Positions 49,119 to 62,285 are shown, counted from the first letter of the whole stretch. The stretch: DNA of 63,284 nt, filler included, from Basidiobolus ranarum (GCA_040143965.1; 31 parts of 31 records of this genome joined end to end with filler, not necessarily neighbours in it), one strand, 5' to 3'. A program made the numbers and translations. Notes: generated by a model not told the origin, from the sequence alone.

Positions 49119-51057
49119 ATGTGAGACTTCCAACTGCACTATTTAAGGAATATGTTTCATGATTTCAATATCTTCAGAAGTCTGTGGTTCCATATCCTTA
49201 GTGAGTTTCAGCATACAAAGTGGATTTGAAGCTGTTTTACATTCTGACTGGTTGAATCTGTTTAAAACATCTCCAATATATTTTTCTTGTGTAATGCAGA
49301 GCGTTCCAATATTGGAATCTTAATATATCTGCATTACAAGACAATATGCTAGTGATCCAAGATATTGCATTTCAAACTCAGTAGATAGCCAGGTCTTAGT
49401 TTGTTTTATCAGATTTGAGCAATTACTAACTATTATGATATCATCAACATAGAGATCAATTATGACTTAGTAGGCTTTGATAGTTTTGAAGTATATGCAG
49501 TGATCAGCTATGCTACAATGGACAAGATGTTTCATGATGATCTGATTAATTTTGGTATTCCATGCACAAGGAGCCTGTTTCAGACCATAGAGACTTCTCT
49601 ATAGTTTACATACTTGATGCTGTTTTCTTTTAGCAATATATCCCTCAGATTGATCCATGTATATATCTTCATCAATTTCTCCATAAAGAAATACTGTCTC
49701 AACATCCATTTATTCAATCAGCATTCCTTGGTGGGTAGCAATGGTTAGGATTACTCTGATTGAGGTAAACTTAGCAAACAGAGAAAATGTTTCATCACAG
49801 TCAATGTCATGTTTCTGAGCATAGCCTTTTACTACTGATCTTGCTTTGTACAGTTGATATAATCTATCTGAGTTAAGTTTCAGTTTCAACACCCATCTAT
49901 TACCAATAGTTTTTCTTCCAGTAGGTGAACCCACAAGGATCCATATGTTTTCTTGATCAGGGAGCAAATTTCATCTTCAGTGGCTTTTCTCCATTCTGTT
50001 GCTTGATCAGATTTCAGAGCTTGTGTCAAATTTTCTGGTTCAGAAAATGCTATATGTGCAGATATATTCCACCCATTTTCTGAATGGAATATGTCAATTT
50101 CATGCTTTGATTTGAGACATCCAAAGTTCTCAGTGGAATGGTCAGATATTTAACTTACAGGATGTTTCTAATTCCACTTGGTACAATATCTGCAACCTGA
50201 TTGCCTGAATTTCATGACTGATAGAATACTTGTTGTGATTTATTTCATACTTCCAATAATTGATTGCATCCAATATCCGCCAAATTGAGAGTAGGAAATT
50301 TCTTAGGCATACAATTAGTCAGAAAATAATTGCCTTGTCTCTTAGCCCAATTCTTGATTCTTGATTGGCTGGAAAATATCCTTTTTCTGATTACCATATT
50401 TTCATTTGCATATATAATATGATGATTTCCAGAAGCTGGTTCCACATTATCAGTATCCTCAGAGTAATAATCAGGTTTTCTTGTATAATTTGATGCATTT
50501 CCAGTACTGTCTAATGTTCCCCTACTAGTATAGTTGCTTGATTCCAGAATATCATATAATAGTTTGTTCTCCTTGGTTTCAGTACTTATAGTGAAGTTTG
50601 AGACATGCCATTGCTTGTTGGTCTTGTGCTAGGAATGTTGACCACAGAGATTGGTAATTATTTGAGCTTTATCATATACTAATTGGTGGCTGAAGTTTTA
50701 AACCTTGTCCCAGATGTGATATTTTCTAAATTTGGATTATATTCATAGATAGTTGCAGATTCCAAACTTGGCCTAATTCCAGTATCTATTTCCAATTTAT
50801 CATTTTCCAACTTGGTTTCAGTACTTGTGAGCTCATGATTGGTTTCAGAACTCCTTCACTCAGAATTTGAGTTATTGAGAAATTGATTTTCAGCCAAAAG
50901 CAAATTCCCTTGATTAGAAGATTTGAGATTTTCTTCAATGAATATAGTATATCTGGAGTTGATAATTTGATTTGTGCCAGCAATTAGGAGACAATAGCCT
51001 TTGTTCTGTAGTCCTAATAGGATACATTTAGTTGGCTTTTTGTCAAATTTCCTATGC
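49119..51057 (-). mobile_element. Copia pol with a long integrase-RT spacer, second copy
   Basis: RKTIGNRWVLKLK..YKARSVVKGYAQKHDIDCDETFS; colinear with 6251-8065. Confidence 0.9.
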
Positions 51058-51237
51058 NNNNNNNNNNNNNNNNNNNNNNNNNNNNNNNNNNNNNNNNNNN
51101 NTTAATTAATTAANNNNNNNNNNNNNNNNNNNNNNNNNNNNNNNNNNNNNNNNNNNNGTATATATTAGATGATGTTTGAAGCGCATCAACTCCGGCGGTG
51201 AGGCCAATTTGGTAGATCCAGGGATTCAACTCCTACG

Positions 51238-52985
51238 TAGTGCAACACTACCAGGATGTATGAAAATAGTAAAAGTACTTGAGAAGTATTTTCAAATGTA
51301 TGAAGGGAAAAACTCAGTCCAAGAATGCAGAAAGTGGCTTCAGAAGAAGAGCATCCAACTTGACATTCAGTCTGGTGTTGACCATGCAGATATCTGGGAA
51401 GAATTTAATACAGCATGGTATAATATTGCAGGGTGTCCACTAGATAGCTGGAAGAATGTTGATTCATCACAATTAATACAATGGTGGGCTTTGATGGAGA
51501 TATTGATACAAACTTGTGTAGGATATGAGCTAAACCTTGGGTATGAAGAACTCTATAAGAGTATTTAGGAGAGTATAGTAAAGAAACTAGGAACTTCAAA
51601 GGTGGCAATTTAGCATATATGAGATAAATGTGCAAAATTTAAGGTACTTCTTGTGCATTGATCCATAGTTCTCTGCAATTGTAGCCAATCATGGGCAGCT
51701 ATTATGCAAGATCATGAAATTTCACACCTAAAACTAAAAAAATTTATTAAAATTAAATCTAACTTGACAATTATGATGGTAAGTAAATGGTGAATCCAAA
51801 TAGATTAAAATTGTGATGGTTTTCCTACCATTACAATCCTCAAATTTCTGTTGGGGAATCAGGCATATGCATTAGTACAATCAAAATAAAAAACTAAACT
51901 TCATGCTTTTAGAATGAAGAGCCTGTTCAGATTTCAATATGATCCATGATATCAACTAACTAATTAGTCAGTCTATCATCAAACTTGGTACTAACCATTA
52001 GCCTATGATTATGTTGCTAAAGGGGATCAGCTTCAGCCAGAGCTTCCCATTAGGCACTATGCACTTGCTAATCAACAACATTCGAATACTGCTTACTTTG
52101 CTATATAGTTGAAAATTCAATATGAGTGAGCCATTAAAGATAGGATCAAAGTTCGATTTGATTGGGAAAATGCTTGAATATATCAAGATGCCATCATATT
52201 TTACCAGGACTCCCATCAATATACACTCATCTAAGCATTTATTCAAATGCAAAGACCGGAAGTATTGGATTTATATATAATTCAGTGAAATCTTGATAAT
52301 ATATCTGCCTGAAAAGCATTGGCAACACTGGGGGTTGTGTCTGGATTTAGTTAATATATTCTTATGGCATCAACTCACATTGGCAGATCTCAGGCAGATA
52401 CAGCAACTATGCAAAGATTTTGTAATTAGAAATGAAAAACTCTATTACAGGTTTAAAGAAGATAGACTGAATCCATACCAGTATGCAATACATTTCCTGC
52501 TGCATCTTCCCCAACACAAATTTGAGAATTGTTATTGTAGGAAAACTATCACAATTTTAATCCATTTGGGGTTTACCATTTACTTACAATCATAAAATTG
52601 TCAAGTTTGATTTGATTCTAATCAATTTCTTCAGTTTCAGGACAGAATTTTCAAGATCTTGCAAAATAGTTGTTTATGATTGGCTAAAATCTCAGAGAAC
52701 TATGGATCAACACATGTGCAAAAAACATAACTCAAATTTTACACAGTTACCACTTGAACGCTAATTTGTCACCTTAAAAATCCCTAGTCTCTTTGATATA
52801 TTCTCCTGATTATTTTTATAGAGTTCATCTTACCCAAGGTTTAGCTCATACCCAAAACAAGTTTGTGTCAATATCTCCATCAAAGCCCACCATTGTATTA
52901 ACGTTGCTGAATTAACATTCTTCCAGCTATCTGGTGGATACCCTGCAATATTGTGCCACTCTGTATTAAGTTCTTCCCAGATATC
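51238..52985. mobile_element. Three nested CACTA-like pieces: ORF2 plus A-end (+, to 51856), transposase (+, 51857-52508), A-end plus ORF2 (-, 52509-52985)
   Basis: TTTCTGTTGGGG at 51856, FPLGTMHL in the middle piece, CCCCAACACAAATTTGAG at 52509. Confidence 0.85.
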
Positions 52986-53096
52986 TGTTGAAGTTTATTG
53001 TCTTTATCATATTTATTATCTCTATCTTTATACACCTAACTATTTCATATATCACATATTAGTTAGTCAACATTATTTAGTCAAATATCACTTAGC
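52986..53096 (+). mobile_element. Copia family-D LTR 5' part
   Basis: TGTTGAAGTTTATTGTCTTTATC, as at 32127. Confidence 0.85.
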
Positions 53097-53897
53097 NNNN
53101 NNNNNNNNNNNNNNNNNNNNNNNNNNNNNNNNNNNNNNNNTTAATTAATTAANNNNNNNNNNNNNNNNNNNNNNNNNNNNNNNNNNNNNNNNNNNNAATC
53201 ATTTCTTGATTTTTCCTTACAGCTTGGTCAAACTGACTCTTATTTGCAGCCTTGTCATTTCTGGCTGGTCTGGATATGGTAATACTGCTTTTGGCTTGGG
53301 TACAATAATAAGTCGGAATTGCAATATATCTCCTAATGTACTATGCCTATATTGACCCAATTGCTATAAAATAATAATGGACATTAGATTTTTGAATTGG
53401 AAACAAGACTTAAGGAAGCTTAAGTTGGCCTAACAAAAATAAAGCTCATGTGGTCTGGATCTGCTCGAACTTTCTGAAGTAAATAATCATCAGAGGACCA
53501 TAACAATTTAATGGCTTGTATTCTGCCAGAGATTTTAAAGGCTGGAAAGCAGCTTTTAAATGGTGTTCTGATGGTGGTCCACATACTGAAATATTGATCT
53601 TCAATGATTGGTATGCATCTATTATGATCTGAGCAATCATAGAGCTCAAAAAATAGTATTGGTCAAGTTATTCAATATTCAGTGTTATTTGTACATCAAT
53701 ACTATTGGCATATTGGATTATCCCCAAATCAGTAGCATCAGTACTAGCAGTTATCAGTCATGTGGATATCAAGCAGGATTAGTCAGCAGTCATAGGATGT
53801 TACAGTAGGTAGTCATAGTTGGTTCAGTGATTGTTAGACAATTGCATAGCATGAAAAGCCAAAAGATTACATTTCTTCACTTCTATTAGGTCATATG

Positions 53898-55058
53898 TGT
53901 TGAAATTAAGTAAGTAGCAACGCATTATTTAGAAGTTAGTTTGTTTCATGTTCTGATTATTTAGCACTCAACTCTGTCATTCAAAAACATGTGTTTATTG
54001 CTCTACTTGATAGAAATAACAAATAGATCACTTTTATCAATTTTCACTATTTTCTCAAAACCTCGCAAAGTCAATTCAAATTTTCACTCAAGCTCAACAG
54101 GCATGTTTCCTATGATCTAAGCAATTCCAATAGTCTTACTTCATAGTAATCTATAAATAGGATGTACTCAATTCAATAAAATTCAAGTGTCTAATTCACA
54201 TATTCAACTCTTGTACAAAACACCTCAAAATCCTCTAAACACTTTTATCAGGTTATGAGCCCCAAGCTAGCTGTTAAAGGAATGTCTACTGCTATTATTA
54301 CCAATGTTTTTGCATCCACAGAAATGCTGAATGGTGAAGACTTTTGGCTTTGGAAGTTCAAGATACAAATGGTTCTTGAAGACAAGGACATATAGGGACT
54401 TGTTACAAGAGAAGAAATAGAGCCAAAGGGACCACCAGATGCTATTCTTGCCTTTCACAAGAAGCATAGGAAATTGCTCTCTACACTTTGTCTTCATCTC
54501 ACAGACCCTTAATTGAGGCACATACACTCAGCCAAAAACAGTAAAACTGCTTTGGAAGCACTTGAGTGACTATATCAGACTCAAAGTCTGACTAAAAGGT
54601 ATATATCCTAGATGAAAATTATTCTCAATTCAGATGAATTCTGATGAATCTATGGCCAAGCATATGAACTTGCTAAAAACTGTGGCTGATCAGCTCTCAT
54701 TCATTGGAGCATCTCTAAATGTAGATGGCTTGGGCATGACACTACTTAGGAGCCTGCCTGATGAGTTTGTGAACCTCACACTTGCCCTAGAATCAAGATC
54801 AGAACCATGAACAATGGAATAAGTTGGTGCTAAGCTTTTGAATGAGGACTCATGGAGATCTGATTCTCAGTCATATAATGCAAAGCCGGCATTTTTTGGA
54901 GTTGTAAAACATCCAACTGGCTTCAATAATGATGCATTTAGCAGGAAATTAATCATTTGCAAGTATTGCAAGAACCCAGGCCAGCTGTTCAAAGATTGCA
55001 GAAAAAGGATTTTTGGCAAAAAGCAAAAATTTGAACAAGCAAAACAAGTAAGCTCTGC
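53898..55058 (+). mobile_element. Copia family C: 5' LTR (53898-54250), PBS GGTTATGAGCCC (54251-54262) and decayed gag from 54282
   Basis: The LTR matches 23181-23532. gag reads LNGEDFWLWKFKIQMVLEDKD..LRSLPDEF..ICKYCKNPGQLFKDC. Confidence 0.93.
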
Positions 55059-55234
55059 CACCGGGGGGAGCCAATCAGGGGGGGTTAGAAGGTGTGTGAG
55101 TGAGTTCGTGAGTGAGTGAAGAAGGAAAACCGGTNNNNNNNNNNNNNNNNNNNNNNNNNNNNNNNNNNNNNNNNNNNNTTAATTAATTAANNNNNNNNNN
55201 NNNNNNNNNNNNNNNNNNNNNNNNNNNNNNNNNN

Positions 55235-55480
55235 CTCACAAGAAATAGATGACTCTCTGTGGAAGATAGCACACCACAAGATATACCCTCCCAATTAATA
55301 AACACCTTGGGTCAAGCTCTACCTCAACAAGCCTTACCTGATCAAATTCAAGGGAATTTTTGGCACAAGCCAGCCATGCCCTTTCTGATTCCAAGCAGTT
55401 TGACCAAGCACAGATGATTGAACAAACACTATATTGGCCTTCTTCACCTACTGAAGCTCTAGAGGCTCTGGAGAACAAAA
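55235..55480 (+). mobile_element. Possible LINE ORF2 C-terminal zinc-binding remnant
   Basis: SLWKIAHHKI..PCPF*..AFFT..RLWR across frameshifts, resembling the CCHC region that follows LINE RT. Confidence 0.35.
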
Positions 55481-56390
55481 GCCCTGAAGAACCGGAGGAG
55501 TCAGGCGCAGGTTGCAGTGGGTGTTATGGTGGAAGTGGTCACAGACAGCATTAATAATATACAGTTACTGACATAGTTCTCACCAACACTCAACATTCAA
55601 CAATTACTATATTCATTAAATAGCCAATACTATTCTTAAACAATTGCAAACAACAATAAATAGCAATTCCTTATTTTCATTTGCTCTTAATGAGGTTCAA
55701 TTGAGTTATACAAAGTATGCAAATTGATTTAAAACCACTCATCATCCAATAAGAATTCTAACCACTTCAACTGTAACAAACTTCCCTTGTTGAGTAATGT
55801 GGACTTCTCCTTTATCAGAAGAGATTAAAGCAATATGATTTCTTTGTTGATTGTAGTCTTGCAAAAGCAATACAACATCATGTGTGCAGACTTGCTTGGA
55901 GGTTTGGGTAACACTGACTGTATCTACTGGTCCAAAGGTTACTTGCTGACGTGAGTTAACAGGAAAAGATAGTTGTTGAGTGGTGTCTTGGGGTGTATTC
56001 TCCAGCTTGTTCATATAGTAAAACAGAATGTTAGTTTGTCTATTGATAAACAAATCAGTGGCTACTTACTCAACAAAGTGCTGTTTCCTTAAGCATTGAC
56101 TGATAAAAAGTGATCATAGCCACAGAGAGCATGGAAAGCAAAGATTTGACTTCATAGTGAGTGGAAAGTAGGGATATGGTACTCTTTTTGAAAGATGGAT
56201 GTTTCTAGGTAAGCTAATTGAAGCTTTAGTGCTGGTTAGGTAGTCTCATCAATTTGGCTAGTGCTATTTTATCTGTGGGCTTGGTTCAAGAGTTTTGCCA
56301 GGCTAAATATTTCATATGGTGAAGAATAACTTGTATAAGAATGATAACATAGTTAGGAAAGTGGTTCTTATTCACAGTAGTTACATTCTA

Positions 56391-56507
56391 GGTTAAGTAT
56401 ACTTGAGAGTAATTGAGTTTAAAGTGTTCTAGCATTTGGTTAGGTATGCTTGCAAGTTATTGAGTTCAAAGTGTTCTGGGATTTGGTTAGGTATGCTTGA
56501 GAGTTAC
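56391..56507 (+). repeat. 47-bp tandem repeat, about 2.5 copies
   Basis: Units start at 56391, 56438 and 56485. Confidence 0.85.
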
Positions 56508-56657
56508 CCAATGATGGTTTACTTATGTTAACATATAAAAAAGTAACTGAATTGGTAACTGTAGCAAAGACAGAGCTTTTCCTTGCCAATTCTACAATGT
56601 TCTTCCATAGTTTATCTCTGATAATTCCTCTTGTCATTCATGCCACTGGATTACTAT

Positions 56658-56977
56658 TGTTGGATAATTAATCTTTATTCAACATCCTAGTTAACTTTAG
56701 TTATGATACATATATCAGAAACAGAAAGCAATGTATCTATAGCCCCTATATTCTGAATAGGAATATCTCTATATCTATACAACAAGTATGTCTTATTACC
56801 CCCCCCCCTTGTCTATTATATCTTATTACACAAACTCCTGAATATCTCAAACAATTGATTTACTTTTCTACTATATAAGTCACCATATACTCTTGAGGAT
56901 AAACTAACTAAAACACACTATCATAAGTTGCTTCTAATACTCAAAGTCTACCCCTATTATGTCAAGATCCTCCAACA
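56658..56977 (+). mobile_element. Copia family-B solo LTR with 5-bp TSD ACTAT
   Basis: ACTAT-TGTTGGA...TCCAACA-ACTAT. Confidence 0.93.
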
Positions 56978-57272
56978 ACTATGCATCATGCATTCATTTG
57001 CAAATATATGTATCCATCAGGCAAATTAACAAAATCATACTTAAAGAGAAGAATAAAGCTAGGGCCCATTGTAGCTTATATTCTAGGCTGAGTATTTATG
57101 CCTTGATCAAAAGCAAGTATATATCATACTGAAGGTGAAAAACCCCCACTCAAAAATTGGAAAAACACTAATNNNNNNNNNNNNNNNNNNNNNNNNNNNN
57201 NNNNNNNNNNNNNNNNTTAATTAATTAANNNNNNNNNNNNNNNNNNNNNNNNNNNNNNNNNNNNNNNNNNNN

Positions 57273-59210
57273 AGCCAAGCTTGCAATGATGTAGAGTAAG
57301 ACAGACTTCTAGTAAAACTCCTATTCTTCAGATATACAGTTGTAGCTACAGTTTCTGCCCAAAAGTTATGAGAAACATTTTGTGCTTTTATCATCAATCT
57401 TGCCATTTCAATCATGGTCATGTTAGCTCTTTCAGGAACTCCATTTTGTTGTGGTACATAGGAGGCAGTAGTTTCCTGCTTAATTCTATGAACTGTGCAA
57501 AAGTGAATACGTATTTTTGAGGTATATTCCCCACCATTATTAGTATGCATTTCTTCAATTTTGGTTCCAGTTTCAATCTTCACAAGTGTTTTAGAAGCTC
57601 TAAAGATAGAGAGAGATTCTTCTTTTCTTTGCTTAAAGTAGAACTAAGTGTATCTTGTACAATCATCCATCAAAGTGATTAAACATCTTTTTCTGCCAAA
57701 AGATAAATTTTGGAAATGTCCACACAAATCTGAATGAATTAGATCTAATTTTTAGACAGATTTGATTAAGCCAGAGCTCTTAAACAGTTGCTTGGCTTGT
57801 TTTCCATATATACAAGCCTCACAATTTTCCATTTTGGATTGGAGGTTAATTTGAGTTCCAGATATTAGGTGATTTTTGAACATGTTGCTCAAATAATCAA
57901 ATCCAATATGGCCACATCTCTTATGCCATAATTGAATAGTTTCTTGATTGGAATAACCTATACTTACATGTAAACCTCTTGTATTATATGTAAGTTTGCA
58001 CAAGTTCTGTTCCTTTTCCCCCAAAGCTAAATAAATCCCATTTTGATTGGTGATGGTGCATCCTGACTTATCAAAATAGAATTTTAGCCCTTCTGAGATG
58101 GCCTTGCATACAGATTTTATATTCTGGGCAATATCTGGAGTATGTAAGTACATCCTTAAAATATATATTTTCTTCAGAAGCTCTGGTTAAATTGACTTGA
58201 ATTGTTTTTAAACCAATAACATCTAATGTACAGTTGTCTCCCTTGAAGACCTCTTTAATCAGGATTTCTTTATAATACACAAACCAATGTTCTTCATTTG
58301 TGACATGTTGGGAGGCTCCAGAACCAATATACCACTACCAAGAATCCTTGTTGGTAGTCATAGATAGAGTAGGTATGAACATGTCATCTTCTGTTGTAAC
58401 TACATTTCCAAATTCAGTATGTTTTTCTTGTTTGCAATTCTTTTAAAGCAACCTTTGCATAAATGGCCTATTCTTTTACAGTAATCACCAACTATATTAC
58501 TTTTGTGCTTAAAATGGTTTTGACCTTTATAGGAAGGTTTTCCATAGCCAATTACAGCATTTTCTTCATTTGTTTGGTTGGATCCCAATTTGTGTCAATC
58601 TTCATCCAGAAGTCAGCCAAATACATAGGACTTGTTCCATTGTGCCAGGATTTATTGGACCTTGGATCAATATATTAGAGTAAATGTGATTGAAATTGAT
58701 CATGCCAGAGGGTGATGGATAGTGCCAAATTGTGCCACATATATTTTAGAATACTTTATCCAATATGATATATATAGCACAATCTGGTACTATCACAGAG
58801 AACAAGTCCATAATTTAAGATCAAATTTACAGCTCTTGATTCTGAAGCCATTATTAGGCTCTGAAACTTGTGTGGTAGGCTGTTCAGTACTCATATATAA
58901 TATCTTGATCAATAGTATGTACTCTAAGGTATTCCATTTCATCCACTAAAATAGTGACTCTATTGATTAGCAATTTAATATCTTCTCCTGGCTTCATGTT
59001 TAAGTTAAAGAATTGTCATCTTAGAAGCATCTTGTTGGTAGCAGAACATGTTTGGTAGGTGTCTTCCAAGGCTTTCCATATCTTCTTTGCAGTTTTAGCT
59101 CTGGAACATTGAAATAGCCATTTGTCTTTGACATCAAGACAAATTGTGTTGAAGACAGTATGTTCTTTATTAACCTGGAGTAAAACATTGGTTTCAGAGA
59201 GTTTTGCATT
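57273..59210 (-). mobile_element. Copia family A gag-protease-integrase, decayed
   Basis: DYCKRIGHLCKGC, WYIGSGASQH, LWHKRCGH, TNNGGEY..PQQNGVPERAN. Confidence 0.93.
58628..58809. mobile_element. 182-bp MITE with 10-bp TIR GGACTTGTTC and 3-bp TSD ATA
   Basis: ATA-GGACTTGTTC...GAACAAGTCC-ATA. The empty site is visible in the homologous gag at about 1500-1535. Confidence 0.85.
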
Positions 59211-59789
59211 NNNNNNNNNNNNNNNNNNNNNNNNNNNNNNNNNNNNNNNNNNNNTTAATTAATTAANNNNNNNNNNNNNNNNNNNNNNNNNNNNNNNNNN
59301 NNNNNNNNNNAAACCTAACCTTATATTGTGTCTTTGGTGGGATCCTGGATGAATATTTATGCAAATTATATTCAAGCTAAAAGAAAGCAGAAAATGTTAT
59401 CATAGGTTATGGGAAACCTCACTATAAAAGTCACAAGTACTTAGAGAAGAAAGGCTAGCAATGTTGCAATTACCTTAAAATAACTCCCCATTTGAACCAA
59501 GATGCCATTATAAGAATTGTAATAGAATAAAAAGTTACTGAATCGGAAAATGCAACTACAACAGATGTAACTTGTTTGTATCTACTATATCTACAACTAT
59601 CAACAAAGATTTGCGGATATAGTATTTTGATTCTGGAGCCTCCCAATGTTCACAAATGAAAAACATTGGTTTGTTGTTTATGTAGAAATTCCAATTAGAA
59701 AAGTTTTCATGAGAGCTGAATGTAGAATAGATACCACTGGAATCAATGTAACTGGTGCTTCTGATGCAATATTGTATACTCATAAGGAC

Positions 59790-61247
59790 AACTACATGTT
59801 CCAGATATTACCAACAATTTGATATCTATATGCAAAACCATTTTGCAAGAGCAGAAAGTCAATTTTGATGAGTTAGAATGCACCATCACTGATCAATATT
59901 GATACTATTTAGCTTTGGGCAAAAAGGTTAACAATATGTAGGAACTTGTATATAATCCAAGAGATTTATGTGTGAATATTGGTATTCAAAATCAAAAAAC
60001 TATTTAACTATGGCATAAGAGAGTTGGCTGTGTTGGATTTGAACATTCAAGCAAAATAATAAAAAATGCCCAATTTCTAGAATTTGAATTCACTCCCCTC
60101 TAAAATGGAAATTTGTGAGTGTTGTTTATGTGGAAAAGAAGCCAGGCAGCTGTTTAAGAGCTCTGTCTCATTCAAATCTGTTGGAAAGCTCAATCTAATT
60201 CATTCAGACTTGTGTGGACCAATGTCAAATTCATCTTTGGGTGAAAAAACATATTTAATCATGCTTATTGGTGATTTTATAAGATAAACGTGCGTGTACT
60301 TTATGCTAAGAAAAGAAGAACCTCTCCCTATCTTGAGAGATTTTACACACTTGTGGAGACTGAAACAGGAACTAGAAGCTAGAAAGTATCTAATGTCAAT
60401 GGTTAAGAATATATTTCAACACTATTTGCTCACTTCTGAATATTTCATGGAACCAAGCAAGAAACAGCTGACTACTATTCCTCTTAACAAACTGGAGCTA
60501 CTGAAAGGTCTGACTTGACCACAACAGAAATGGCAGGAGCAATATTATATGCACAACTTATGTCTCATAATTCTTAGGCACAATATGTTGCTGGTGCTTT
60601 ATTTTGGAAGAATAGGAGTTTTACAGAGAGTCTGTCTCAAGCTACACCATATCAAGTTTGGTTTGGAGTTAACCCAGATGTAAAGCATTGGGGGATTTTT
60701 GGATGTATTGTTTATATCAATAATTTGACCAAAAATAGGTCTAAATTTGACACAAAAAGTAGGAAATGTATATTTTGGGGTTATTGTACCCCAACTAATG
60801 ACCACAGACTCTGTGATAGCAAGGTTTTAAAGTTTATTCTGTCCAGGTATGTTTTGCTATAGGGAAATGAAAATAATCATCCAAAATGATCACAGAGAAC
60901 AAAAATTAAATTTTTCCTCATCCAATCATTTAAATTGATTCAAGCCAAAATATTGGGGAAGGTAGCAGTCCTGAGGTCCCAGTAACTACAATGCAACCTA
61001 CTGAAGTGCCCAATACAATGCCACAACCCATAGTATCTTTTTCCCAAACCAGGATAGCAAATCAGATCAGAAATTGCCCTGATTACTATATGAATAAGTA
61101 CCAAAATTGGGCCTATGCAGGCACAACTCAAAGACATGAACCCCAGACTGTAAAAGAGGCCTTGAATGGCTCTCATACAAAATTCTGGAGATCTGCAATG
61201 GCTTGAGAGTACAAAGCTTTGATTGAAAGTCAAACTTACACTATGAC
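59790..61247 (+). mobile_element. Copia family A-like pol (integrase to RT start), decayed
   Basis: LIHSDLCGPM, PYQVWFGVNPDV, EPQTVKEALNG. Confidence 0.9.
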
Positions 61248-61645
61248 NNNNNNNNNNNNNNNNNNNNNNNNNNNNNNNNNNNNNNNNNNNNTTAATTAAT
61301 TAANNNNNNNNNNNNNNNNNNNNNNNNNNNNNNNNNNNNNNNNNNNNATCATTTGGTCTAGTGGGCCACATCCAGGGAGACACCATGACAGAAGGTTTTG
61401 GGTTGAGAGGCATGTGTCACTTGTAAGATATGAGAAGACTATGGCTAATTTGGCACATGTTGGTGAAGAAAGCAGAAGGCTAGGATGTGTCACAGCTAAC
61501 AAGAGGCCCAGAGGAGGGATACTCACAGAGAGGCAAAGCTTTATAATGACACTCTTGCCATTTTAGAGCAAGAGTAGAACATAGCTTTGGTTTCCTAAAG
61601 AGATACAACATTGTAGCAGGAAAGTATAGAGGAAAATCATCTTGT

Positions 61646-62285
61646 GGGCCTCAATCAAAGTTAGGCAAAGTGGTCAAAATCTTGATCAATTCTGAATACA
61701 TTAATACTCAAAGATATCCCTGGAGAGCTCTAGACTTAAGACACTATGAATAAAGCTGCCATCATCTTTTGAATGTGCAACAATGTCTAAAAGTACTTTT
61801 CCTAAACATACCACATAAGTAAAATAAACTGTTTCCAAAATGGTAAATAACATCGTGGCGGATAGTGCCCAATCATGCCAATTTGTGCCGGCACACTTTT
61901 TAGCTGGCCTGATCTGGCTCAATAAAATGGAACAAGTCTAATACAATCCAATTTTCCAGAAGAGGGAAAAGTTTCAGAAACTTGAGAAGTAGGGCCTCAA
62001 TCAAAGTTAGGCAAAGTAGTTCAAGTCTTGATTAATTCTCAATACATTCATACTCAAAGATATCCATTGAGAGCTCTAGACTTAAGACACTATGAATAAA
62101 GCTTTCATTATCTTTAGAATGTGCAATAATGTCTAAAAGTACTTTTCTTAAACATACCACATAAGTAAAATATACTGTTTCCAAAATGGTAAATAACATC
62201 ATGCTGGATAGTGCCCAATCTTGCCAATTTGTGCTGGCACACTTTTTAGCTGGCCTGATCTGGCTCAATAAAATGGAAGTAGTCT
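61646..62285 (+). repeat. Two 294-bp copies (period 346) of an RGACTTGTTC-family element end
   Basis: 61646-61939 ends TGGAACAAGTCT and 61992-62285 ends TGGAAGTAGTCT. Confidence 0.85.

Noticed and set aside
53520-53620. Additional CACTA-like B-end copy
   Set aside because: It has only weak similarity to 5706-5800 and no TIR was found. It may be an old relative, but I cannot support it as a feature.
1955-61347. Regularly spaced TTAATTAATTAA as a CRISPR-like or satellite array
   Set aside because: It is always embedded in N44 on both sides, so it is an assembly linker.
61701-62268. Duplicated 73-78 aa ORFs MSQIRPAKKC.. as small paralogous genes
   Set aside because: They start at TTG, lie at the terminus of a TIR element, and their similarity is explained by the DNA duplication.
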